The translations under genes and the position numbers were made by a program. Positions 53,911 through 64,000 of a DNA stretch of 64,000 nucleotides are shown here, in pieces; the stretch's first letter is position 1; each line of letters begins with the position of its first letter. The DNA comes from Tetramitus jugosus (taxonomy: Eukaryota; Protista; Heterolobosea). The notes beneath the pieces are model-generated. The model was not told where the DNA came from. It did not search any database and was given only the letters and a program-made list of their open reading frames with translations. The DNA lies in the NCBI GenBank assembly GCA_937625935.1, contig OW569363.1:434001-498000 (forward strand). The letters run 5' to 3'.

Positions 53911-55128
53911 ATGCTGTATCTTCTCAGAACTCATTCAAAACAATTGTGCAAGTTACCACCACTTGATCCTCGCTTTCTTGGTGCTCGAAACTTTCCCTCC
54001 AATTTTCTTCCCTCCAAAAATCAAAAACACCAGCAAGAGCATCGATCCACGATCACAAGAACCATGAAGAGATATCTCACAAGTAGCAGTAGCTCTCAAG
54101 ACAATGACAGCGACAATGAGGAAACTTCCCCGATGAAAAAAACCAAAATCATCCTGGGAGAGAACAGTGATCACTCCTATGATCCACTCAAGCAATACAA
54201 GTTCATCTCATGGAACGTCAACGGTCTCAAGGCACTCATGGGCAAAGACAAGGGCGCCGCTCTCACTCAACTCGTTGAATCGGAGAAACCAACTGCCATT
54301 TGTTTACAGGAAACAAAGCTTCAAGATTTGGAGAGTCTCACACAACAGTACAGCACCATTCTAGGTGAAAGCTACAGTGCTCATTTTTCTCACTGTTCAA
54401 GAACAAAGGGTCGCCATGGCACAGCCATCTTTACTCTCAAGCACAAACGTGCTCCAAAGCCTCTGAAAGTCAGATATGGACTGGAGCTAACCTCAGAAGA
54501 AGACTCGATGAATTTGGAGCTCGATGAAAAAATGTTAAAGGATGAAGGAAGGGTCGTCACTGTAGAATACCCTGATCTCTACCTCGTGAACACCTATGTG
54601 CCAAACTCTGGTCAAAAACTAGAGAGATTGGATGAGAGAACCAACGAATGGGATAAAGCTATGGGTCAATACATTGATAAGCTACAAAAAAAGAAGCCAG
54701 TGGTGTGGTGTGGTGATTTGAATGTGGCCATATTGGACATTGATATTCATGATCCAAAAAAGAATGTCAAATCAGCTGGTTTTACACCACAGGAGAGAGA
54801 ATCATTCCGTACAATGATCAAGGACTATCGATTGGTTGATACGTTTAGAAAGCTGTATCCAAATGATAAGAATTGCTATACGTATTGGGGTTATCGATTC
54901 AATATGAGAGAGAAGGACAAGGGATGGAGATTGGACTATTTCATGACGAGTGAGTCATTGAATGATCAATTGGTTGACTCTTATATACTAAAGAGTGTGT
55001 TGGGCAGTGATCACTGTCCAATTGGCTTGGTTTTGAATCGAGGTGGTGCGGCTGATGCTGCTGAAGAACAAAGCGCAGCCACTAGTGCTTCTCCAGCAGC
55101 AGAATCCTCTGAAACGACTGCTCAATAA
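53911..55128 (+). CDS. AP endonuclease / exodeoxyribonuclease III (APEX1/xth family)
   Basis: SWNVNG, CLQETK, EGRV, YVPNSG, GDLN, GWRLDYF, GSDHCP. Confidence 0.95.
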   Translation: MLYLLRTHSKQLCKLPPLDPRFLGARNFPSNFLPSKNQKHQQEHRSTITRTMKRYLTSSSSSQDNDSDNEETSPMKKTKIILGENSDHSYDPLKQYKFISWNVNGLKALMGKDKGAALTQLVESEKPTAICLQETKLQDLESLTQQYSTILGESYSAHFSHCSRTKGRHGTAIFTLKHKRAPKPLKVRYGLELTSEEDSMNLELDEKMLKDEGRVVTVEYPDLYLVNTYVPNSGQKLERLDERTNEWDKAMGQYIDKLQKKKPVVWCGDLNVAILDIDIHDPKKNVKSAGFTPQERESFRTMIKDYRLVDTFRKLYPNDKNCYTYWGYRFNMREKDKGWRLDYFMTSESLNDQLVDSYILKSVLGSDHCPIGLVLNRGGAADAAEEQSAATSASPAAESSETTAQ

Positions 55129-55245
55129 ATTTTGTTTGCAGTGTCATGTTTTTCGATGAAATGTCCACTTCATCACTTTCTTTCCTGTAGATGATTGATC
55201 AGCGCTCAAGAAAAAACCCAAGCTTGAAAAAACAACAAAAGTCAT

Positions 55246-58095
55246 ATGACAAGTATGCTCAGTGCTCCCTCCAATGTCAAGGTCATTCATATGGATCAAT
55301 GCAAGTGGTACTTGTCCATTGATCCCAACACTCCACAATTGGATCCAAAATTCAAGCAAAGTGCATCTCAAATCAAGGCCATGAGTGATCTGAGATGCAC
55401 CAGTATGCAAACAAGCGTGCACATGGCACTGTATGATCACGGGATTATTGATCATCCATACAAGGAGTTTAATGAGCTGAGATATCAATGGATTATGCAC
55501 TATGACTGGACTTTTTATACGATTATTGATACCATGTCTCTATTGACAATTGTTTTGACTGGAAGTGAAGATCAAGAGCTTTTGATGATGTGCGATGGGT
55601 TGGATACCATAGCAGATGTGTACTTTGGAGAAGATGTTGTTTTCTCTGCCAATAACATGTTCAAAAAGTATCGTGTCAATGTGATGCCATTGTTGCGCAA
55701 GTATGCCAATGATCCATCCATTACCATATCGATCAAGTTTAAATCGGCTCTCAGGTATGCAAAAGAACAGTACGAGAAAGCTCCTTATGCCATTCCATGC
55801 CCTGAATATACGCAATCGTTTCCAACTCCAGGCAGAAACTATGTGCGAAAGTGTGGTTCGGATTTTGGTTGGGATTGGGGTCCCTGTTTTGCTCCAGTTG
55901 GTATCAGTGGTCCAATTACACTCGTGACATATCCAAATATTCTGCTATTAGACTATTTGGTGCATCAAGACTTGACATTTAATGATGAATCAAGTGTCCA
56001 ATCAGAGGAGTTGGATTCCACAGCCAACAACCTACCATCATGTAACTTAGCGAAACTTAAAGTTCAATGTCTTGTCTATGTCCACGAAAGCTATGTACTA
56101 AGAATGGGGAATTTGAGATGGACATTGTATGCTCCAGGTTCCTTCGAAGAGACAGACAAACCGATAATGACTGGATCGCACGCTGTCACCTTTTCTGAGA
56201 AAGGGGAGCACACGGTCAGTGTTGAAATCTTGGTTAAGGATCCTCAATTGTGGTGGCCAAATGGTCTCGGTGCTCAAAATCTGTATACTCTGGTCATTGA
56301 TGTCGATCAGTTGAGCGAGGATGATGTGCCCAGCACTCGAACACTATATGAGACTCGTACGAAACAAATTGGCATTAGAAGAGTTGAGCTTGACACATCA
56401 ACAGACGAGATTGGAAGAAAGTTTTTGTTCAAGGTGAATACAGTCGCTATGTTTGCAAAAGGTTCAAATTGGATTCCTTCGGACTGCTTTCATCATCGAG
56501 TGCATGAAGATCAACTGCAGGTATTGTTGCAGAGTGCAGCCGATTGTAACATGAACTTTCTACGCGTTTGGGGAGGAGGTATATATGAATCAGATGCTTT
56601 TTATGACATATGCGACAGACTAGGAATCTTGATTTGGCAAGATATGATGTTTGCTTGTGCACTCTATCCCTCAACAGACGAATTTTCAACAAATGTGAAA
56701 CAAGAGATCACAAATCAATTATACAGGATTCAGCATCACGCTTGTATTGCCATTTATGCAGGTAATAATGAGAATGAAGAAGCCCTGTGCTCCTGGGAAG
56801 AATGTAATAACTCTCCTCATCAAAAGAAACTCGTTGTAGACTATTATAAGTTGTACATGGACATCATATATAGTGTAATCAAAGAGTTGGATCCTAATAG
56901 GGCTCTATTCTATTGGCCATCATCGCCTAGTAACGGTCCTGATGAATGGGGAAATCCTCAAGATATCACAAGAGGAGATGCTCATTACTGGGGCGTATGG
57001 CACGGTCAGAAACCATTCACCGACTATTTGACATTTACTCCTCGCTTCTGCTCTGAATTTGGCTTCCAGTCTATTTCCTCCTTTCAAACACTCAAGCCAT
57101 TCTTATCGGACGATGAAGAAGATTACAACTTAACCTCTCCTGCCATGGAATTTAGGCAGAGATCATTCAAAGTTGGGAACAAAGCAATCTTGGAACATAT
57201 CTCACGCCACTTTAGAGTTCCTATCGGCTTTCGGGAAACGATATATGTATCGCAAGTGTTGCAAGCTTTGTCTATCAAAACAGCCTGTGAGCACTGGAGA
57301 AGACAAAAGTCAGTTTGTTCCGGTGCAATGTATTGGCAATTGAATGATATCTGGCCTGGTACATCATGGAGTTCCTTGGAGTGGAACTCACGCTGGAAGT
57401 TACTTCAATACTTTTCGAAGAAATTCTTCTCGCCTTTGCTCGTTTCAGTCGTGGAGAACAAGGGGACTCAGCATGCAGAGGTGTGGTTGACCAGCGATGT
57501 CACATCTAATGTTAAAGGTACTCTAACAGTGAAACTTGTATCCTATACCAGTGGATTGACTCTTCAACAATGGAACGTCGATCAAGTCAGCGTACCTGCA
57601 ACAACAAGTCGCCAAGTACTGTCAATCGACCTTGTAGAGCTATTTGGAGATGAACCGCCTACATTCTATGTACAACATGATTATGATGCCCAGTTTGATC
57701 GAACCGAATGCTTTTTAATGGTAATCTTCGATAGTAAGGAACATCCAGAGCACTCTTCAGAAAACTTCCACTTCTTCTGTCCGCTGAAATTCGTCAGATT
57801 GAACAAGCCCGAGTTTAAAGTGACGAGAGAGAACAACAATTGTTTCTCAATCACATCGAATCAAGTGGCATTGTTCGTATCTCTACATGAAGCTGCAGAA
57901 AACCATGATACGGTGGATCAATCTATCGTAGCTCGCTTCTCTGACAATGGCTTTATTCTGTTGCCTGATGAACCCAAGACTCTGTCGTTCGAAATGACCA
58001 AGTTCAGCTACGGCGAACACGAAGGAGCAGTCGGTCACTCAAAGAGCGTTCCACTTCGAAACCTGCAAATTCTGTCATTGCGCGACAGCTATTAA
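55246..58095 (+). CDS. Beta-mannosidase (glycoside hydrolase family 2)
   Basis: DGLDT, FGWDWGP, LWWPNG, KGSNWIP, RVWGGG, GNNENE, RFCSEFG, YWQLND. Confidence 0.92.
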   Translation: MTSMLSAPSNVKVIHMDQCKWYLSIDPNTPQLDPKFKQSASQIKAMSDLRCTSMQTSVHMALYDHGIIDHPYKEFNELRYQWIMHYDWTFYTIIDTMSLLTIVLTGSEDQELLMMCDGLDTIADVYFGEDVVFSANNMFKKYRVNVMPLLRKYANDPSITISIKFKSALRYAKEQYEKAPYAIPCPEYTQSFPTPGRNYVRKCGSDFGWDWGPCFAPVGISGPITLVTYPNILLLDYLVHQDLTFNDESSVQSEELDSTANNLPSCNLAKLKVQCLVYVHESYVLRMGNLRWTLYAPGSFEETDKPIMTGSHAVTFSEKGEHTVSVEILVKDPQLWWPNGLGAQNLYTLVIDVDQLSEDDVPSTRTLYETRTKQIGIRRVELDTSTDEIGRKFLFKVNTVAMFAKGSNWIPSDCFHHRVHEDQLQVLLQSAADCNMNFLRVWGGGIYESDAFYDICDRLGILIWQDMMFACALYPSTDEFSTNVKQEITNQLYRIQHHACIAIYAGNNENEEALCSWEECNNSPHQKKLVVDYYKLYMDIIYSVIKELDPNRALFYWPSSPSNGPDEWGNPQDITRGDAHYWGVWHGQKPFTDYLTFTPRFCSEFGFQSISSFQTLKPFLSDDEEDYNLTSPAMEFRQRSFKVGNKAILEHISRHFRVPIGFRETIYVSQVLQALSIKTACEHWRRQKSVCSGAMYWQLNDIWPGTSWSSLEWNSRWKLLQYFSKKFFSPLLVSVVENKGTQHAEVWLTSDVTSNVKGTLTVKLVSYTSGLTLQQWNVDQVSVPATTSRQVLSIDLVELFGDEPPTFYVQHDYDAQFDRTECFLMVIFDSKEHPEHSSENFHFFCPLKFVRLNKPEFKVTRENNNCFSITSNQVALFVSLHEAAENHDTVDQSIVARFSDNGFILLPDEPKTLSFEMTKFSYGEHEGAVGHSKSVPLRNLQILSLRDSY

Positions 58096-58185
58096 GTAAT
58101 TAGGGTGCCATGAACTCGGCCAACTTATAAGTGAACAAAATTTTACAGTGTATGAAATCAAACAGACAGTTTTCTTCTTCTAGTC

Positions 58186-59212
58186 TTAATCCTTCTTTCC
58201 TGTCTTGACAGCAGTTGTTGCGCTGGCTGCATTTACAGGGACACTGGTAGTCATTGGAGTAACAGTGGTTTGGAATCCTTGATAGACAGGTGTTGGAACA
58301 TTGCTCTGTTGTTGTTGCATTCCAGGCTTTGGCAATTGATATCCAGTGCTGGCACCAGTGGCAGGAGTATAGCTCAAACTGGTAGTTGTCATTGTGGGGA
58401 ACGAAGAAATAGTGTTCAACAATCCACCAGTGGCAGCTGGAGGAGCCATTGAGTGAATGGAAGCACTGCCGAGAGAAGTAGCAACAGTGGGACCAGTGGC
58501 AGATGGCTTATACGACTTTTTTCCAATGGTAAATGGAACGTACTTGTACTTGATCATGTGTTGAATTTGCTTCCTCATGGTCAACACAAACAACAGAATA
58601 AAGTAGCCCAACAGGATAGGATAGTACACTGGTATGTCAAAAGCTCTGGAGGTAGTAAAGAAGAGAGCAATCAGAATAGCCTTTGTTGTAGAGTACCTGT
58701 TTTGATAGTAATCACAAATCAAGCAAAAGCACACAAGCACACAAATACCTCTCGTGTTAAACAAGCATACAAAATAATTCGCGCCAAAAAAATTGTACAT
58801 ACCAAAACTTGAACTCCGGCAAGCGGCGAATAAATGGTCTAAATTCCTCTTCGTTGGAGCGGGAACCACCAAAAAGTGCGCCACCCTTCTTAAAATTTCG
58901 ACTACTGCCGCCAACGCTGTTGGGCAATGCGTCCTCATACGAATCAAAATCATTTTCCATCTCAGGATCGACTTGAGGGCTCAAAAATGCAATCAACAAA
59001 TTCAAGTAATAAATACCGAGTGCATAGGTCACAATATACCAACCTCCCCAAATGAAAATGCGCATCAAGTACAATAGAAAGAGACCTGAAAAAATGCCCC
59101 ATCGAACCATTGGTTTTCCATTCAAACGATCAAGTATCGTTTGATAGCGCATGCTATAGTATTGGTATTTTTTGAGCAAGCCATTGTTGCTGCTTGAATC
59201 ATCAGAGTACAT
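58186..59212 (-). CDS. RER1: RER1 Golgi-to-ER retrieval receptor (2 exons)
   Basis: [54 protein letters not shown]. Intron 58697-58802. Confidence 0.95.
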
Positions 59213-59544
59213 TTTTTTGTTGTTGTTATTGTTATTGTTACTATGATTGTTGCTTGTTGGATGATGGTGTGTGTGTGAAAAATAGTGATTGATCAGAGGT
59301 TTGTTGTTCAGATCCAATAAATCAGAATATTTGTGAGATCAATCTTTTTTTTGTGTTGTGTTGTTGCACGTGTGTTTTTGTTGATGGTCGCTGGATGAAG
59401 GAATGACCTTTTGTGTGATTGTAACCAAGGATGAAAAATAGAATCGCAGTTTTAAAGCGGAAATTTGTGAGTAAAAAACGCGCCAAAAAACACCACACAA
59501 AAAGTCGTCATCATCAACCTTCGAATCCATTCATCATCATCATC

Positions 59545-60236
59545 ATGTCTTCTGTAGCAGCTGTTTCATCCGATCTACCAAAACCTATTCCAATCGAACA
59601 ATTACGAAAGGTTCCTCTGCAAGAATTGGCACAAAATGCTCAAATTAGAGAACAAGAGCTTCAACAGCTTCAAGGCTTCTTACAACAATTGCACGTTGGT
59701 TATGACCGATTCAGAACAAGCAGAAATGTTGTTGATCAATTGTCTCAACAAACTGCTGGAAAGCAAGTTTTGGTGCCAATGACTCAATCACTCTACGTCC
59801 CAGGTGAAATTACTGATGTAGACAGTGTTTTGGTCGATATTGGAACAGGTTATTTTGTTCAAAAGGTTTGTTGTTGTTGTTATTTTTGTGTGTATATTGA
59901 TGATGATGAAGATGTCTTTCATAAGCTATTCATTGTTGTATTATTCAGCTGTGATCACAGTTACAAGAGTTGGAGAATTTTTTAGCTAAAAACTTGTCAT
60001 TTTTTTGTTGTTGTTGTTTTGTGCCCATTTTTTTGGGGGGTTGTGTGTCATCTCACCTCTCACAGAATACAAGTGATGCCAAGGATGCCCTAGAGCGAAG
60101 AATGGTCATGGTGAGAGAAAGTATTGAAAAGTTGACAAAGACTGTTGCCTTCAAGCAAGCCGAACTGGAAAAGATTAAGAGAGTCGTGGCTCTGGGTGTT
60201 CAAGAAAGACAGAGAGAAATGGAAAAGGTGAAATAG
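59545..60236 (+). CDS. PFDN5: Prefoldin subunit 5 (2 exons)
   Basis: VLVPMTQSLYVPG..VLVDIGTGYFV. Intron 59866-60065. Confidence 0.9.
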
Positions 60237-60494
60237 GCAAAATCATTAAAACAAACCAGAATTGTGTATATTTTCATGATGTCAGTCGTAGTCTTTCATG
60301 GTTGTATTGGATTGGGATCCTATTCTCCCAATTGGATGTTCCGCCGCGAAAATTTCTCGCCTTCGATGGTAGCATTTCACACAACGACATTCTCGCCTCA
60401 GAATCGCTTTGTTGTGAGCTCCCCCAAAAAAACAAAAACAAAACCTAACGCCCGATAAAAACCAACAACATATTATCTCATCATCATCATCATC

Positions 60495-62002
60495 ATGGTG
60501 TGTGTCTGTATACCCTACTATCACGAGGGTCATCATTTCGTCGAATGGATTGCTCAAATCTTTCATCAGTATGTATACACTCTCATTTTCACTCATTATT
60601 TTCATCATTTTCATCATCATCATCTGTTTTTTGACCTACTCACCAAAAATCAACAAATAGATGTGTGTATACACGAGTTCAAGTCGCCTCCTTTTGTCTC
60701 GGTCTCTGCAGTATCGGTTTCTGGTTATTTGCTCAATTGCCTCAAATCATTAAGACTTATATGAGTGGTAGTGTAGAAAGTTTGAGTATGATGTTTTTGT
60801 TGACGTGGCTCGTGGGTGATATTACGAATTTGATTGGTTGTTTATTGACTCATCAATTGCCCACTCAACTCTACACTGCCATTTATTATTGTTCAATGGA
60901 TGTCATTATGGTTTCTCAATATTTTTATTATCGGATTCGAAATCGAAGCAAATCCATTGTCTTGCCCAACAATCACAAGCAGAAGAGGAATAATAGTGAT
61001 GGTAATAATAATAATGAAAAAACTGCTGCTGCTTCTTCTGTCAAGCACTCTCGTCATGCGACTGCTGATGTCGCTGTTGTTGATGGTGAACACTTGTATC
61101 ACAAGAAGAGTATCGATGTTGAGCAAGAAGGTGTTGGTGGTTTGCAACACAAGAGTGATTCACCACAACAGAGAACGTTTCTCTATTCTTACATGTTTTT
61201 GATTGCCATGGCTGGAGCGACTATTCTCTTTACTGTGGTCAATGGTGGAATGAATGCTTCCTCTACCAATAGTGCTCGATCGATTGCTACATTGGAAACA
61301 GTTGGACAAGAGAGAGCATTAATGATGAGATCAAGAAGCGATTTGATCTCCATGTATAGCAACAGTGGAAACAGTGGTGGTTCGACTAATGGAAGAAAGC
61401 TCTTGGGTATGAGTGATGCGACTGATTATGTCAACAAGAACAATTATACCAATTTGTTTAGTAATCAACCAGAGATTTGTGATGCTTCGATGCCATTGTC
61501 CAAGGCTGAGAGAATTGTGGGTGATGTGAGTGCATGGGTTTCTGGCTTGTTGTACTTTACTGCGCGATTGCCTCAAATTTATTTGAATTATCAGAGAAAG
61601 AGTGTTGAAGGATTGTCCTTGCCCATGTTCCTCTGCGCAATTCTCGGTAATACGAGTTATGGATTGTCCGTGTTGATTCTCGGTATTCATGACGTGCCTG
61701 CATTCATGGAGAATACTTTCCCATACATTCTAGGATCCATCTGTACACTGTCCATGAGTGCTGTCATTATTTCTCAGTTTGTTCTCTATGCATTGATACC
61801 TGCAATCAAGGCACGCCGTAGAAGGGCCATGTTGTTGAAGGAATCAGGCACTGTCAACAATGACTCGCCTGCAGCCTATGCCAACAACGATGCCGGTGTG
61901 TACTTTGATGAGGAAGATGAATCCGAAACCACAACTCTCACTGCTACAAGCATCGATGGTGAAGCATACCTCACCAGATATGGAAGCTATCACAATCAAT
62001 AA
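60495..62002 (+). CDS. PQ-loop lysosomal/vacuolar amino-acid transporter (PQLC2/YPQ-like, 2 exons)
   Basis: AQLPQI..SVESLS..WLVGD and ARLPQI..SVEGLS..GN. Intron 60569-60660 joins the short first exon in frame. Confidence 0.9.
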
Positions 62003-62086
62003 ATAAAAGCCACCCTAATTCAACTTGTAGTTCCCCCTGTTATCATCATCTCCCTCGTTCCCGTGCCCACTTGAACTTTCAAAAAA

Positions 62087-63586
62087 ATGCGTCCCCAAAA
62101 AAAAAACAGAGAGAACACAAAAAACAGAAACAGCATGCCAAAAGCAACCAAAAGTTCATCGTCATCATCATCCAGCAACAAACTTCCCAGAAAACCCACA
62201 AAACGTAAAATCAATGCCAAACAAGCACTACTCGACCGTTCACTTTCCCTTCACTCCGATCCGAATGCGCACAAAAAATTATCCGTTTCCGAATTTGGAC
62301 ACAAATATTTACAGCTTTTGGCGCGGGAACAATACCTGATTGAAAATGCGCGGCCAAGCTTTGATCAGAATTGTAATGATAGAGAACGTGTGTTGGTGGA
62401 TACGTTGAGGCACATGGATGATGATCATGTTCATGATGAAGAGAATCACGAACACCAACAACACCAACATGATGATCACATCATCACATTGACTGCTGTA
62501 ACAACAAATAACAACATGAATAACGACATAAATAATAGAGATATAGGAAGAGGAGGAGGTGGAGAACAACAACAAGAACAAGAGTTGTCATACATGAGAG
62601 ACATTTGTGGCATATCAGAGCTATTGATTCCAAAGCCATACGAGTTGGTTGAAGCTGCCATGGAACAAGAAATTAAGAGAACAGAGGAGTTTGATGCTGA
62701 TTTTGACAGTGTGCCATCTGATATCAAGAACATGATTGATTTTTCAAAGATTCCAACGTTAAAGCACGTAGAGGAGCTTCATTTTGCACCACTAGAGTGC
62801 TTGACCGAGGAAGGAAAGCAAAAAACGTTGACCATGCTGCCCCGGAAGGAACTAAATTACATTACGGCTCACATGAGAGACAATAGCAATCCAAAATTGG
62901 CACAGCACAAGAATAGTAAGCCAGTGGATCGAACAGAGATTGTGTTAAAAGTGGCTCTGTTCCATCCGGAGCGTAATCTAAAGACTCAAGAGTTTCATGT
63001 GTTGGGTAGTCAACCGTTGACTGATTTGAGAGATTGCATGTACTGTTTAAATGATCATATTATTAATGGAAAACAGACGAGATCGGGTTATTTCTTCATT
63101 GAAGGAACTTTTTATAATGATATGCGTCATGCGAACAATGTTGACTACTCGAAACAGGTGATTGATTGGCAAAGTGAGAATGAGAGGTACATGGAACAGG
63201 ATCTAGGTGACAGAGAGCTGTTCAAGACAAGGAAAATGGAAGAGACGCGATTCTGTGACTTGTCCATACGGTTACACGAAAAGTATCTGTATTGTCATCA
63301 GGGAGATTGCAAACATTTTATCATTTTCACTGAAATGCGATTGATTAATGATATTGACAATCAAAACTACTATGCCTATCCGATTCGTGTGTTTCAGAGC
63401 AGGATTCGAAGGAAAAAGTGCCTCATTTGCGATATTTATTCGGCAAAGTGGGTCACGTACAGTGATAAGCACACGGCAGATGAACCAAGTTTTTACTGTG
63501 ATGCTTGCTACAGACAGTTTCATTATGATGAAAAGGGTGAGCTATTGTACAAGGACTATGAAGTCTATCGGTACTATCACGAATAA
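62087..63586 (+). CDS. SNAPC3: snRNA-activating protein complex subunit 3 (SNAP50)
   Basis: GSQPLTDLRD, FFIEGTFYND, YxHQGxCxH, CxxC...CxxC zinc-binding C-terminus. Confidence 0.9.
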   Translation: MRPQKKNRENTKNRNSMPKATKSSSSSSSSNKLPRKPTKRKINAKQALLDRSLSLHSDPNAHKKLSVSEFGHKYLQLLAREQYLIENARPSFDQNCNDRERVLVDTLRHMDDDHVHDEENHEHQQHQHDDHIITLTAVTTNNNMNNDINNRDIGRGGGGEQQQEQELSYMRDICGISELLIPKPYELVEAAMEQEIKRTEEFDADFDSVPSDIKNMIDFSKIPTLKHVEELHFAPLECLTEEGKQKTLTMLPRKELNYITAHMRDNSNPKLAQHKNSKPVDRTEIVLKVALFHPERNLKTQEFHVLGSQPLTDLRDCMYCLNDHIINGKQTRSGYFFIEGTFYNDMRHANNVDYSKQVIDWQSENERYMEQDLGDRELFKTRKMEETRFCDLSIRLHEKYLYCHQGDCKHFIIFTEMRLINDIDNQNYYAYPIRVFQSRIRRKKCLICDIYSAKWVTYSDKHTADEPSFYCDACYRQFHYDEKGELLYKDYEVYRYYHE

Positions 63587-63716
63587 AAAACAAGAGAAAT
63601 ACACTGTCAGAATACAAAGCCTTCAAAGATCACGTTACAAAAAGGACAGAGTTTCTCCGAGTTCTTAAAGTTCAGTTTTGTTCAAATTGTCTGCAAAATC
63701 AGAAAAGAAACAAGAA

Positions 63717-64000
63717 ATGCAAAACTCATCCATTGTACTGCCATTGCTCAATGAACTCAAGCTCGACATTGATGCCGATATCTGCAATGCCTATATCGTC
63801 GGTTCTCGAATGTTCCAAGTCGATCGTCACTCCAAATCAGATGACGATTATCTGATTGTGTTGACAGAAGAAGGTTGCAAGAAACTGGAGAGTCAACTCT
63901 CTTGTGCAAGCAGTCAACTGGTGGATACCCCATTGACAAAGAGCTCTCAAGTAGTTTTTGACAACAAGACTGAAGTGTATGTCAATGTACCATCATGGGA
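63717..64000 (+). CDS. Pol-beta-family nucleotidyltransferase-like protein (partial; runs off the window)
   Basis: Translated by hand, not in the track: MQNSSIV...NAYIVGSRMFQVDRHSKSDDDYLIVL, matching the hG[GS]...DxD signature. Open to the window end. Confidence 0.65.
   Translation, partial: MQNSSIVLPLLNELKLDIDADICNAYIVGSRMFQVDRHSKSDDDYLIVLTEEGCKKLESQLSCASSQLVDTPLTKSSQVVFDNKTEVYVNVPSW

Noticed and set aside
22952-55128. Three EEP-fold nucleases in one window (CCR4-like, LINE APE, APEX)
   Set aside because: Different subfamilies, far apart, with no sign of functional linkage.

Overview
Gene-dense eukaryotic (protist) genomic DNA in the standard genetic code. It carries about 28 host protein genes with short GT-AG introns. 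Gene content (NMT1/THI5- and Cache-domain receptor cyclases, RpiB, an EF-hand/SH2 protein, few short introns) suggests a heterolobosean (Naegleria-like) amoeboflagellate; this is inferred, not shown. Host genes include NADP-GDH, TOR, JKAMP, a NEK kinase, RpiB, an ARM-repeat protein, RPL34, a CCR4-like EEP, a WDR81-like BEACH protein, a kinesin ending in CaaX, PPIH, a Kv channel, G-alpha, PTAR1-like, APEX, beta-mannosidase, RER1, PFDN5, a PQ-loop transporter and SNAPC3. The standout is an intact 5.4-kb non-LTR retrotransposon (36982-42370; ORF1 RRM-like plus coiled coil; ORF2 APE-RT-CCHC; 9-10 bp TSD; 3' poly(A)). It is inserted head-to-head 50 bp upstream of a tRNA-Val(AAC) gene that the ORF track does not show. 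It also has a 5' oligo(A), virtually no 5' UTR, and twin 3'-UTR hairpins with identical tops. This geometry mirrors Dictyostelium TRE5 elements and points to a possibly undescribed tRNA-gene-targeting LINE family in a different lineage. Secondary signals: two hairpin-rich intergenic regions, a frameshifted HIT-like gene, a Kv channel with a ubiquitin-like tail, and a cyclase lacking its catalytic Asn/Arg.
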